The notes under the pieces were generated by a model, which was given only the letters and a program-made list of their open reading frames with translations, did not search any database and was not told the origin of the DNA. 64,000 nucleotides of DNA from Massalongia carnosa (lineage: Eukaryota), in the NCBI GenBank assembly GCA_965645245.1, contig OZ287085.1, positions 496,001-560,000 of the forward strand, read 5' to 3'. The number at the start of each line of letters is the position of its first letter. The stretch's first letter is position 1. Of the stretch, positions 26,047 through 37,600 are shown one piece after another. Position numbers and translations under genes: made by a program.

Positions 26047-28222
26047 TCAGAGGTAGCGGACGGGGCACTTTCTTTCTTGTCTAGATCGTGTCGGAGGAAG
26101 GGCCATGGGTACATTCAGCGACAACGCTTCCATAGGATCTCGAGGCGCTTTTTTGGTCTTTGATGCCTTCATCGATGATTTAAGAGCATCAACATTGTCA
26201 ACAACGAGCGCCGCATCGGAGATATTGTGATTAGGCGCAGGATTCTCGCCCGATGGCTCCGTGCTCTCGCTTTCCTTCGAGACTTTCTTCTTGACCGCAT
26301 TTCGCTTTTTAAAAACCTTTCTCGACATATATCCTTGTTTGATCATCCAATTTTTCCTCCGTTCCTCAAATTCAATACTGGCGGAGTTGCATGTTAGGCT
26401 GGGTAATCGTTTTCTCTTTATGTCGTTGTGTCGTTTCCATTCCTCGAACATGTCTCCCTCGTCTAATCTCATTGCTTGACCCCGCTTTAAAATTTCTAAA
26501 AGCTCGGCGCCGTAGGGCCTAATACCAGTCCATGTGTTACCAATCCATCGCCGCATGGTGGGCTCGTCCACAATCTGATCCGCCCAAGTGGTCAAAGAAT
26601 TCAGTACCTCATCGGGCATTATCAATGATGGGAAGTATCGCATATGTGAATTTGGGAACTTTTCCTGCGCCTTGGCCACCCTCTATTCTCGAAGTTTAAG
26701 GGTGAACCAAGGCCGCCTAGACGAGTCACGCTCGGCCGTTCTATTTAACATCTCATTGGCGGCTGTTGATGTCTGAAAACTTGGATCGCAAATTGAACAG
26801 CAAGGTTGCGGCTTAACATAGGCCGACGTTGGATACACTTTATCATTGAAGAAATTCAAGCCAATACCTCGAACGCAACCATCTGAAGGCACATTGATTA
26901 TCTCCCAAAGACCCGGTAGCATATCTCGTCGCCGATCAGCATCCTTTTGATTGATGCGGCGTTTACTGGCCTTGGATTCAATCTCGATTCCCGCGTCATA
27001 TCCGTCCTGTTCGTCCATTTTTGATCCGCTTCTTGGACCCATGCACCAAGAAGGATGCAAAAGAGTAAAATGCGCCTGTCCTCGACCGCAACGCAAAGCA
27101 CGACCTAAACGTTGGTATAGCTTCGCCATTGACGAGGGTAGCAGCCATTGCGTAACTCTCATAACGTCTGGATTATCAATACCAAGCCCGTATGCATCCG
27201 TTGCGATCAGGATTCGAGGAAATTTACATTGATTCGAGGGCATTTCGAAGCGAGCCGCAATCCTTTCTTTGTCTTGGGTGGCCATGTCGGAAAAGAAAGG
27301 CGCGACCCAACTAGCAGCCTCAATTGGATAGGACAATTGATTCATCCATACTTTCATTAGCGCACACGCCTTTTTGATAGATGAAATTGAATCCATGAAG
27401 ATAATCGTTTTCGGAATATCAAAAGGACTCTCAGCCCGTGTTGGTAAAAGATGTTGAAGATCGATCATGCTGTTCATAGGCCGCTGTAGACTGCTTGTCT
27501 GTATGTATATCTTTGGACGATCAAGCGCTGTTTGAATAACAGTACTTTCGTTATCAAAGCCACAGCGATCTTTAACGCTCTCTAGGGTTCTTGGATCCAG
27601 CGTTGCAGACGCACCCAGAAAAGGAATACCATCTGGTAATCGTGTACGAAGCACACCGAGATTGAAGTATTCGGGCCGGAAATCTCGCCATTCGGATACA
27701 AGATGCATCTCATCAAGAGCTAAAAGACATAAATTCAAGAAGAAACTTGGATGCCTCAGAACCTCCTGATTAAACAGCTTTGACGTCGCTATCTCTGGGC
27801 TAGTAAAAACTATTCATATTAACGAGTAAGTTTTTATATTTATCTCAATCATAATTTGAATACACACCATGCGTATAATTGTTTTCACGAATTAACTTTA
27901 AATTAGAAGAATTATTACTATCACCGTCCAACACGAAAGGCTTGCATCCCTCGATAACGCTCAATTTCTTGCACTGTTGAGCTTCTAAGGTCTTGAGAGG
28001 CATGATAATTAAAGCGATCTTAAGACAAGAGAACATTAATGGCATAGCTTGAAAGATAATACTCTTTCCAAATCCAGTCTTGGCGATAAATATCAGATCC
28101 TTTTGATCTTGTGCTAAAGTCATGATAGCGTCAACTTGCTCATTCTTTGGATAAAAGCCGAATTTACTTAAAATCACGGTCGTCACCTGCTCGCAAGTTA
28201 TCGACGCTATAGGATTGTCCAT
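26047..28222 (-). pseudogene. RecQ-like SF2 helicase (about 705 codons) with Zn-binding and HRDC-like C-terminus; one internal stop
   Basis: Exons 28222-27868 and 27809-26047; AKTGFGKS, VFTSPE, DEMH, WRDFRPEY, SAT, ATDAYGLGID, QRLGRA, CC-x2-C; TAG at 26685-26683 within LRE*RVAKA (expected W). Confidence 0.88.
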
Positions 28223-29255
28223 TTCGATGTGTTCGCGAGCGATATTCGACGATTCGCGAGTTGGATTCTTAGCCCGCAAAACGCACATCAAGCAAGTTCA
28301 TCACATTCAACGATTTTAGGCATTCGAAAACAACGCTCGGAGGATCAGATTAATGATCAGAAGCGCCGACAATGAAAAACTGGAGCTAGTGACCCGTTGA
28401 GTCTGCTGTGGTGGTGTCGAAATTTCGAGTCAAAGTCGAGTCCTCGTCGCGAGATCGATATTGCGACTCAAGTTTGCATCGATATGTTATTAAAATATTG
28501 ATTAATCGATAGAATGTATATCAAAGCATCATTTCTATTATTACATAATTTATGAAATGTCGTTGCGCGTTGTTGATTCCGCCGTCAACTTGATTCTTGA
28601 TGATTTTTGAGGTTAAGCCAAAAATTTGTATGAGCGCGCACCAAAATAAGCCGGATCTGACAAAAATACAGAGTTTTGCGCTCAGACGTGCCGCCCGTAG
28701 CATGCGTAGTCAGCTAAAGGGCCGCTAACCCGAAGGGAATTAGCGACGCTAACCCGAAGGGGCTTAGCGAAAATAGGCTAACCCGGAGGGGCTTAGCCGG
28801 CTCATAGAGCCACGCACGTCTGAGGTACTGAGGCAACCCAGTATGGGATGAGTCAAGACCAGGGAGCATCGCGAGCAAATTATTTTGGGATTACTATCGC
28901 CCACAGTGGCGCCTTCCTGAAACTCTTTCCATTCCGCCGCCTTTCTTTTGGTCGATTCCCAATCGATCTTCTTCATCGCCTTTCTACACTTCTCTTCATT
29001 AGCAAAATGCCATCTCGTACTTCGCCACCATTCCATAAACTCCTCGCTCTTCTCGGCAAAATATGCGAAGCATCTGGTGGGTTTGCCCACAACTTGAAGA
29101 TCGTATATCTCTAAATCTATCATCTGCGAGCTGCTCATTGTTGCAAATAACGAGGATTGTATATATAGGAATGTATATATAGGATGTAGCTGTAGGAATG
29201 TAGCTGTGGGAATGTAACTTCATTGACTAGATTATGCTGCGATAAAGCATTTATA

Positions 29256-30582
29256 CAGTACTAGGCCAAAAGTCTGCGGCCCCGCACCCCACCAACATTT
29301 CAATCATTCTATTCAATCAACAATCAACCACGTTATGATTACTGAAATGTCTTGAACTTTTACATAATGATTACATAGATACTAAACAAAAATTTGATTT
29401 TTAATATTTAGTATACCATCCTTCCGACGCTATACACGCTTTTATCCTCCTATTCATGCTCGCTATTAATCTCCCCATCATTTTCACATCTATCAACGTC
29501 CAGGCTTCTTCTAACGCTTTCCAAAGTACCTCACGAACAGTTTCATCACTGCCGATCACCAAATCTATGTTCGGGTTGACGTGATAGACGAGCATTTTGA
29601 ACACATACCAAACGTGCTCGATGGGATTTAAATCAGGTGAATATTGGGGCCAATCGATGACCTCTATGCCGTTCTCATTAAACCATTCCATCACCTTTTT
29701 AGCCTTATGTATAGGAGCGTTATTCTGCATGAAAATGAGGCCCGGTTGCCAAATTCCAAGCAGATTATCGTTCACTAATTCCATATATGAGTTCGCCGAG
29801 TACCCCATCTTCTTCGCAGCAAAATCACGAGCCAATTTTTAAAGATCTGACCTGTCATCTCCCCAAAAAGCTGACCAGACCATGACACAGACTCCTTTGA
29901 CTTTGGAGACAGGCTGTATCATCTCTTTATTCCATTTTTCTTTCGGCAATCTGAACAACCACTGACGCTGTTTTCCTAACCCCTTTTCTACCGAGCACTC
30001 ATCTGACAATATAACTCTTGACCACTGCTCAAAAGTCCACTCACGCCGCAGCAAGCACCAATCCAATCGTTTCTTGGCCACCTCAGGCGTCAATAAAGGT
30101 CGTTTTTTAGCCACCCAGTAAGTTAAACAATACAGTTTGAGGGCCCGATAAATGGTCGTACGACTGCAGTCAAGCCCCACTTCTAGTTTGATTTATGCAT
30201 AAGTGATTCGTGGATTGATTCGTACATGCTTGATGATATAACGTCGATCGCGTTCTGACAGCACTTCAGGCCGTCCAGAACGTGATTTAGACACGCTGTC
30301 GTTGCGAATTGAGTGCTTCTGAATGGTGCTCTGCACGATCGATTTAGTAAAATTAAGAGTCTTCCCAATCTCAGTCGGTGTGTGCCCTAACGCCTGGGCC
30401 CCAACAATCATACCATGTTGATATGACGTCAATTCAGTATTACGAGGCCGATTACTACTTATGGGGGTCAAAGAAGCACGAAGAATGGTGAAATGATTAG
30501 GTGGAAGATGGGGGGTTGATGAGTTGAAAACGCGAAATCGCGAAAATCTCGGGTTGGGCCGCAGACTTTTGGCACGGGACTG
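29256..30582 (-). mobile_element. Tc1-like transposon, full length (transposase 29401-30471 with two stops)
   Basis: TA TSD; TIR CAGT...GCCAAAAGTCTGCGGCCC; SDEC, QNNAPIH and SPDLNPIEH. Confidence 0.95.
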
Positions 30583-31331
30583 TAACTACGTTTACGTTCT
30601 AAAAACTCAGTCTAATCCAACGCATTCATACATATTCCACCTAAACTAGCCAACCTAACCTAGTCATACTGAACCTAACCATACCCAACCTAACCTAATT
30701 ACCACGCGCGACCACTGATAACCTGTCTGCTTGCCTGTTTGCTTTTAGATATGGCACCGAAGACTCCGCGCAAGCGTACGCGCAAACCTGCGCGAATTCC
30801 AAACCGAATACTCGACAGAATACCCGGACCAGGTACCAGAACTGGTGCGATAAGAAAACCAACCACCAGGAAGAGTATGCCTGGTGGTAAGTAGATGGTA
30901 TAGTTGAGAATACATAAGATACTAACGCTGATCGCCACGTTGATAAGTCAAGGTTATTGATTAACATTACTAAGCATGTGATTTGGATAACCCAATGAAA
31001 ACCCAACCCAAACCCAACCCAACCCAACCCATTCCGCGGCGTACTCGATATACCGTCATTTATACTCTTATAAAGCATACAGAACGCAACTACGAAAAGT
31101 TTAAATCGCGATCGGGTCGGCCTGGAATATTTTCGAACCGCGATCGAAGACGTATCATCAAATTTACACGAATCAATCAACGCATTACCTACGCGCAGCT
31201 GCGTACGGAGGTTGAGGTGAAATGTAGTCGATCCACTCTCTATTGGACGCTTAAAGACTATAGTCTAACAAACTGGCTTGTTAAAAATCGACCTTTATTG
31301 ACGCTCGATATAGCAAAGAAGAGACTGGACT

Positions 31332-31815
31332 TGAAACGGGGAGACCTTTTCCCAGCAGGCATTCACTACTGGAAAACAGGATCTACAGAGGTTACACAAC
31401 GTAATGGTCACAATAGAGGTACAAATAGGTAGGGTCGGGTCAAATGGTAGACTAAATGCTACCCTTTTGAAGTGCTTGATCATTGATCTATGTAGAATAG
31501 GACAATCCACAACCTAAGCTCTTCTTCCGTACCTTGCCCATACTACCTGGTATTTTCCGTTACCGAAATACTTCGGTCACCGAAAGAGACGGGTAGATGA
31601 GACTAGGCAGGCGAGCTAGGGGAGGGGAGCCGAGGCGAGGGGATACTTCGTGTATTTAGAAAACATCTCCATAATAAGTTAAGTCCGCACACTATACCTA
31701 ACTGGGTTAGGCGGAACCTTATTATCTTGGTGGTTGTTTTGGCTGTACGTATCCCACATAGCCACATAGGCTAGTCTTACGTTCAACGAACGCATACTAG
31801 GCCTACCCTATTACA
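31332..31815. mobile_element. Solo LTR, family C
   Basis: TG...CA; TSD GGACT splitting the Tc1 KRLD|WCLLRR coding sequence. Confidence 0.85.
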
Positions 31816-32387
31816 GGACTGGTGCTTGCTTCGGCGTGAGTAGACTTTTGAGTAGTGGTAAAAGATAATATGGTCGAACGATTGCTCGGTGGAAAATTGG
31901 GGTCGGGAAAACAGCGTCAATAAGTGTTCAGGTTTCCGGGCGAAAAATAGAGAAAACCTATGATACAACCGTACGGCAAAGGAAAAGAGGTCAAGGTTAT
32001 AGTATGGGGGCTTTTGGGGGGGGAGGTCGGATCTTTATAAATTGGCCCGCGATTTCGAGGCAAAGAAGATAGGGTACTCCTCGAATTCATATTTGGAATT
32101 ATTAAACGATAATCTGCTTGGAAATTGGAAACCAGATCTCATTTTTATTCAGGATAAAGCCCCCATTTACACTTCCAAAAAGATGAAGAAATGGTTCGAT
32201 GAAAACGGTATACCAGTTATCGATTGACCCCCTTATTCTCCTGATTTGAATTCTATCGAGCAAGTTTGGTACGTGTTCATAAAGCTCGTCTACCAGGTCA
32301 ATCCGGATATTGACTCGGTGACTGGTATTGATAATAGGGTCCGCGAGGTACTTTGGACAGCTTTCGAAGCCTTGATAGATAAGGAAA

Positions 32388-33037
32388 TGCTAAAGAGATA
32401 CGTACAGTCCAAACAACTACAAAGACAATAAGGTCCGGCCTAATCTAGTAAGGCCTAGTGTAGGGACTTAACTTATTATATTTTATGATCTACCTAGAGA
32501 CAAGTCATAGGGACACTAGAAACGAATACAATAAAGATAAAGAAGAAAAAGCCAATCGACATCCCGAACCTATCCCTATATATCATCTACTGCGCTGGTA
32601 TCCATGTGGTATAATCGCGGTAGAATCTTCTCATGACTGCAGGAATAAAATCGAAGGTGCGGGTATCTAAGGTTTAGTGCCGAATTTATCCGAGTGCCGA
32701 GGTCGTGCTGAGTAGAATCGTGATATTATAGAGGTATTTTTGTAGTACACGAAGTATCCCTTCGCCTCGCCTTACTTGCCCTAGCTCGCCTGCCTAGTAT
32801 CATCTACCTAAGTATTTCGGATACCGAAAGTACGAGGTAGTATATGCAAGGTATGGTAGAAGAGCTTATATGGTAGATTATCCTATTCTATATAGATCAA
32901 TAATCAATCACTTTAAAAGGGCAGCATTTAGTCTACCCTACCTATTTGTAACACTATTGTGACTATCACGTTGTATAGCCCCTGTGGATCCCGTCTTCCA
33001 GTAGCGAGTACCTGCTGGGAAAAGGTGTCCCGTTTCA
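32388..33037. mobile_element. Family-C-related LTR in opposite orientation, with a nested family-B LTR
   Basis: 32740-33037 is the reverse complement of 31332-31660; left boundary approximate. Confidence 0.7.
32481..32725. mobile_element. Solo LTR, family B
   Basis: TSD TTATA; matches 33841-34084 and 41361-41641. Confidence 0.85.
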
Positions 33038-33102
33038 AAAATGTACTTTGTCACTGAATTAAACACGATTTTAGTCTTCTGAATAAATTATCTCATTAAC
33101 AT

Positions 33103-33272
33103 TATGACGAAGTAAGATAGTAAATAGATTTCTAATATTGCGCCACCTGTCCTTCCCGACCAAAAGACACAATACTTAGTCCGCAGACCAAGCTCTATTC
33201 TACTATAACTGGGACTCCTGCTATGTTTACTATAGGTCCTGCCGCCGCACCATGCATGGTCGAACCGTTACA
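33103..33272 (-). mobile_element. Solo LTR, family A (RIP-eroded)
   Basis: TATGACGAAG...CGTTACA, TSD AACAT. Confidence 0.88.
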
Positions 33273-33599
33273 AACATAATCTTCGAATTCTTCATTTTGC
33301 GATTCATGAATGAATTATTGAATAATTATTTTACATAAATCATGCATTTTTGTAATCGAGAATCGACAGTGTAAAAGTTTGCATAATTTAACCAATAACG
33401 TCAATTTTTATCTTTATAATTAACTGATGTCATGTGAGTCTTTTTTTCTTCAATCGTACCTCATTATCTTATAAAATATAATCCGCTTCTCGTACTTGCA
33501 CGCTCGTAATTTTTTACTTTCGATCTCGAGTCTCATTTAATTCCGAATAACGTCGAATTCGTGAAGAAGCGTTTTTCTCGATTATTTGATAATTCGATT

Positions 33600-33751
33600 T
33601 ACGCCGCGTAACGGGTTAGGTTTTCGCCACAAAATTGCTTTTCGCCACCGGGTTTTTCTCTGAAAACTCAACCCGGACACCAAAAATCATAGGGTTCGCC
33701 ACTAACGGGTTGGGGTTTTTTGTAGAGAAACCCGACCCGTTGCGCAGTGTA
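33600..33751. mobile_element. 152-bp hAT-derived MITE
   Basis: TACGCCGCGTAACGGGT...ACCCGTTGCGCAGTGTA; perfect 8-bp TSD ATTCGATT. Confidence 0.88.
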
Positions 33752-33840
33752 ATTCGATTTCGTCTTTATATTGAATTCTTTGAAAATATTCTTCGAATCA
33801 ACAGGAATATCTTTAAAAAGAATATACTGATAAGCTTCCT

Positions 33841-34084
33841 TATTATAATCTACCTAGAGACAAGTCATAGGGACACTAGAAACGAATACAATAAAGATAT
33901 AGAAGGAAGACTAGAATCGACAACCAGAACCTGCTCCTATATATCCTCTGCTGCGCTAGTACCCATGTGGTATAGTCGTCATGGAATCTTCTAGTAGCTG
34001 CGGGAACGAAATCGAAAGTGCCTGCGTATTCCATCTACGATTGCTCTAGGGGGTGCCGAGGTCGTGCCGAGTAGAATCGTGACA
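33841..34084. mobile_element. Solo LTR, family B
   Basis: TATTATAATC (RIP form of TGTTATGATC)...CGTGACA; TSD TTCCT. Confidence 0.88.
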
Positions 34085-34395
34085 TTCCTGAACTTTAATC
34101 TTTTGAGATATGTCGTAGTAAGCATTATAGGATTTGAAAGACTTAATGTGAAATATAAAATGAATTTTTGATATAAATTTGTTGATATTTTTGATATGGC
34201 TCAGCAGGGGTAAACCTCGGCACTGTGACAGTTATTTTTTCACCCACGTGACTTCGGAAGAGGTAAAGAAACTAAGGAGTTGGTTTTTCCGACTAAGTCT
34301 TGGCGAAGGTCGCAGGGAAGTCAGGTGACAGATAGATCTTTTCCTTTAGATATACCTATAGCTACAATATATAGCATCAACATATAGAGTTCACA

Positions 34396-34680
34396 TGTCA
34401 CGGTGCGAGGTCAAGTAGCTATTTGAGGTAGTGCAAACGCATTACTTGATTGTCTAGCTAGGTAGACAGGACGTTCGACAAGGAGAAAAGAAACAGAAAA
34501 TCAAATGTGGGCAAGTATAAAAGAGACGAGTAGAACTAGTCCCAATTCGGCTGTTGATCTAATTTCTACCTTGAAGTTCCTACCATAGCACTACTGGCAG
34601 ATACGGTTACCCTAACTGAATCGGATTAGGCTAAATGACTTTACATATAGAGACAGGAGGCACGAGGCATACAGTAACTA
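34396..34680. mobile_element. LTR fragment, family D
   Basis: TGTCACGGTGCGAGGTCA...CTTGATTGTCTAGCTAGGT is the reverse complement of 46150-46249; right end approximate. Confidence 0.65.
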
Positions 34681-37600
34681 GTCTCGCTATTGTTTTATTC
34701 TATTGTCTTGTTCTTCTCTTGTTTTTTTGTTCTCCTAACCTCCCGGAAATAGTAGACCACGCATACTACCCAGTTTATCCTTCCACATCGTCCTTCTTCT
34801 TTGCCAACGAAAAAGCAAATTATGATTCTGAAACTATCTTCTTTGTCCATTAATTATAGTGCTGTGCGTCGAGAGTTTGAAAAATCGTTTAGAGTACAGC
34901 GTAAATTGGATTTTCTAACTGCTTATCTTTCAAACATCTCTTTTAATTAACCGAAGTCCTACCAATGTAGATCAATCTGATTCTATACTTAATGATAAAG
35001 AGGAAAATGATGTGGATAAAATTACAGATGAGAAAGCCACGATAAATAAACTCAGGACTAATGATACCACGCATAAAGCCATAGATAAAATGATGAATGA
35101 ATTACGAATCATGATAAGAACAATCAGACCTCAAAAAGTAAAGAATGCACAACAAGAGAAGAAAATCCCTGTTAAGAGAAAAAAAAGATACAAGTATTCA
35201 TGAGGCTAATATAATGGGCGATGACTATTTTCGACTTTTCTCAACTTCTTTGCATTTTTTAGAAATCCCCCTAAATCCTTATGAGTATATGTCTGCTGGC
35301 TTCATAATACATTCAGACCTACTAAAAGATAAACCCCTTATTGATACTTACTATATGCCGGATATTATTAACGGCAGAACTAAGCTTGAATATCTAATAG
35401 AGCAGATTATGCACCTAAATAAATAGGTCATTCCGATTTACTTGCCAATGACCTCTTTGAGGTCGGTGTCACAGTCGAGAGGAATAAAACTTTGCATATT
35501 GCAAGTATAGCTTTTCCTATTCTTATTCCTACTGGAGTGGCAGAATTAAACTGTCCTTGGGAGAAGATCGTGACAATAGTCGATCACCACTATTATTTCA
35601 TACTGTATCTTGATGATCGATTTGCTTGACACATTCAATTTTGATTTTAGGCCTTGAAAAGTCAGATAATATATCACGCTTTTAAGACAAGCAAGTGGTG
35701 CACTTAACAAAGCTCTGATCAGATTACGTGCGTAACGTAACACCTTTTAAAAAAGCTCGCGGTAGTATTAAAACATGGTTCACCCAGATTCTCAATGGAA
35801 AGGAGCCAGCTTATTAAACTCGACCATCATCGTTTTAAACAATATTTATCAAGGCTCATGGAGTCCTTTTCGCGGGAAAGTCCCTGAAAGAGTGAAGTTT
35901 GACTATCGCCCGATTAATAAGTGAAGCTGACCTCAATAATTACAATACCGAATTAATGTAAAGTTTAAGAAACAAGAAACTTTAAATGCGATTGTCAATA
36001 TCGCTGAAATTTTAGAATACGAAGATGCGGTGAGATAATCATATTCTTCAAGGTCAATCTTTCGACTTTTCTTTCAAGAACTTAGAAACGCCGAGATAGA
36101 GCTTAAAGCGTCTGCAAAGAAAGTCAATCGAGAATTGCCTTTCAACAGCTTCTTGAAATTGAAACCTCAGCTCGATAAGGCTCCTGCGGCTGCAGACAAA
36201 GTGAAAGCCTTCGAAGAAAGAACGAAGATGCGCCAGAAAGCGTTATCGAAGACGAGAAAGAAAAGAACGAGGATGCATCGAATTGAAAGAACTCGGTCTC
36301 AAATAGTACTGAGATCTCGAGAAGCGGCAAGGATCTCTTCAAACGAGTGAATTCAAAATCAACTCTGATATCAAGAAGCTCATGTCTTACGGTCCTGATG
36401 AATCAGTCCGATCGAGTCAATACACCTGAACTTCAAGCCTCAGAGGCCAAAGTTCTAAGGATAACTCTTGGAATTATTTTGGCTGTAAATCAAGAGATCA
36501 TCATTAGATAGGATCGTAACCCGTGCCTAATCTTTCATTCGGCATGAGACCTACGAGCTGGATTATATCTGACGTAATATATGAATGCCTTCGCGTATTT
36601 TACTGATATGGGAATAGTTACATTTGAGAATTTCTGGTATCTTCGATGCTTAGAAATTCAGGTCTACATATAGACGTTCGAGGAGAATCTCGAATGTTCT
36701 GTAATTGTAAGAACCACTATCCAGGGAAGACGAATAGTAGTCAGCTACCTAAGAGACTAAGCATGAAGAAGAGAAATCTATCTACAAAGAAGAATGTGAA
36801 ATCTATATGCCCCGTTTGCCCTTCTTCTCGAAGTTTCCATCCGGCTCTAGAAGCTTATCTCCGAAGCTTCGGTCGGAAAGAGCCGTTGGATTTAGCGCTC
36901 CCACACCCGAGTCCTGACAGTAATCAACATGTATATTGTATTACTCTTATGCGTAGATTAGAGATTAGTCGCAATAATCTGAATTATTTCATCAATAGAA
37001 GTTCTGTATTATCCAGAGACTTCTGGCACTCTGTGTCAGGTCACGCACGTCCTGACATAAGCGAATCGGTAGTAATAACCGATCTCCGATCTCCGACTAG
37101 GACACGGCTCGTTTTCGTATTCTTCTTTTCATTGTACCAATCATAAACACTGTAATTAAATCAACGGACTCGCGACCCGAAGAAGTGGGGCTATAGGATA
37201 AAGACCTGATCGCCCACTTCTATCGAGGGGTTACTGATCAATTTATTTATTTACTACTCTCTATTCGGACATTCATCACGAATCCATAGAGTAGTCACGC
37301 TGTTAGACTTGACCCCTTACATTTTGATCAGTCTTATATCCTAGTAACAGCCCGACGATACTATGGCACCCCGACGTGCGACTTCAGCTGTAGTGAGAGG
37401 TAATTCCTCTGGAAACAACGAGTCGGACACAGTGAAAAACACGCCCGACTCTGGGACGACTAACCCGCCTCTGTCCTCCATAGACGATATGCAACGTGAA
37501 TTAGACGAGATAAACGCCCAAAGACAACGCGCCCAGCTGGCTACTAGTCTAGAAAAGCCAGAGCAGACAGAGACACCGGATTCCCCGCCGAACCCCTCCC

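Larger units (their letters stand above)
22810..28836. mobile_element. AcademH-like DNA transposon (6027 bp) with convergent transposase and RecQ-like helicase genes
   Basis: About 95-bp TIRs TTGCCTCAGTACCTCAGACGTGCGTGGCTC... (2 mismatches); 8-bp TSD CCCAGTAT (22802-22809, 28837-28844); removing it restores the hAT BED finger ...THPILGSGNNCMTNHL. Confidence 0.9.
19809..31043 (-). mobile_element. hAT DNA transposon with a disrupted transposase (about 29138 to 20180), interrupted by the AcademH-like element and a Tc1
   Basis: TIR TACGCCG(T/C)GGAATGGG; AACCC arrays; decayed TSD CTCGAACT/CTCGATAT; BED finger, LALDCWSS, CLLHVIQ and dimerisation domain ARDILAVPAAGVGCERVFS; Glu-rich tail 20250-20410. 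Confidence 0.88.
19111..32385 (+). mobile_element. Older Tc1-like element split by a MITE, a hAT element and an LTR
   Basis: TA|CAGTCCCGTG terminus; transposase pieces at about 19670-19808, 31052-31331 (SRSGRP, RITYAQL) and 31816-32385 (QDKAPIY, SPDLNSIE); homologous to 29256-30582; 3' end not found. Confidence 0.75.
11826..34250 (-). mobile_element. Old IS630/Tc1-type DDE transposon with CAC termini and a 5-bp TSD, hosting about 20 kb of nested insertions
   Basis: About 43-bp TIRs CACG(C/T)GGGT(A/G)AAAAAATAACTGTCACAGTGCCGAGGT; ACTTC at 11821-11825 and 34251-34255; RIP-eroded transposase pieces at about 33040-33600 (ETRDRK, FSDKVH), 18290-18470 (FVLKKNHDSGH) and 11925-12169 (YFNCSSSFDLIFIENC, SMPNRL). 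Confidence 0.8.

Noticed and set aside
26047..28222. Host Sgs1/RecQ or telomere-linked helicase gene
   Set aside because: Enclosed by TIRs and a TSD together with a transposase, inside another transposon
34860..36600. Possible decayed protein-coding gene(s)
   Set aside because: Short broken ORFs with no motif I can assign
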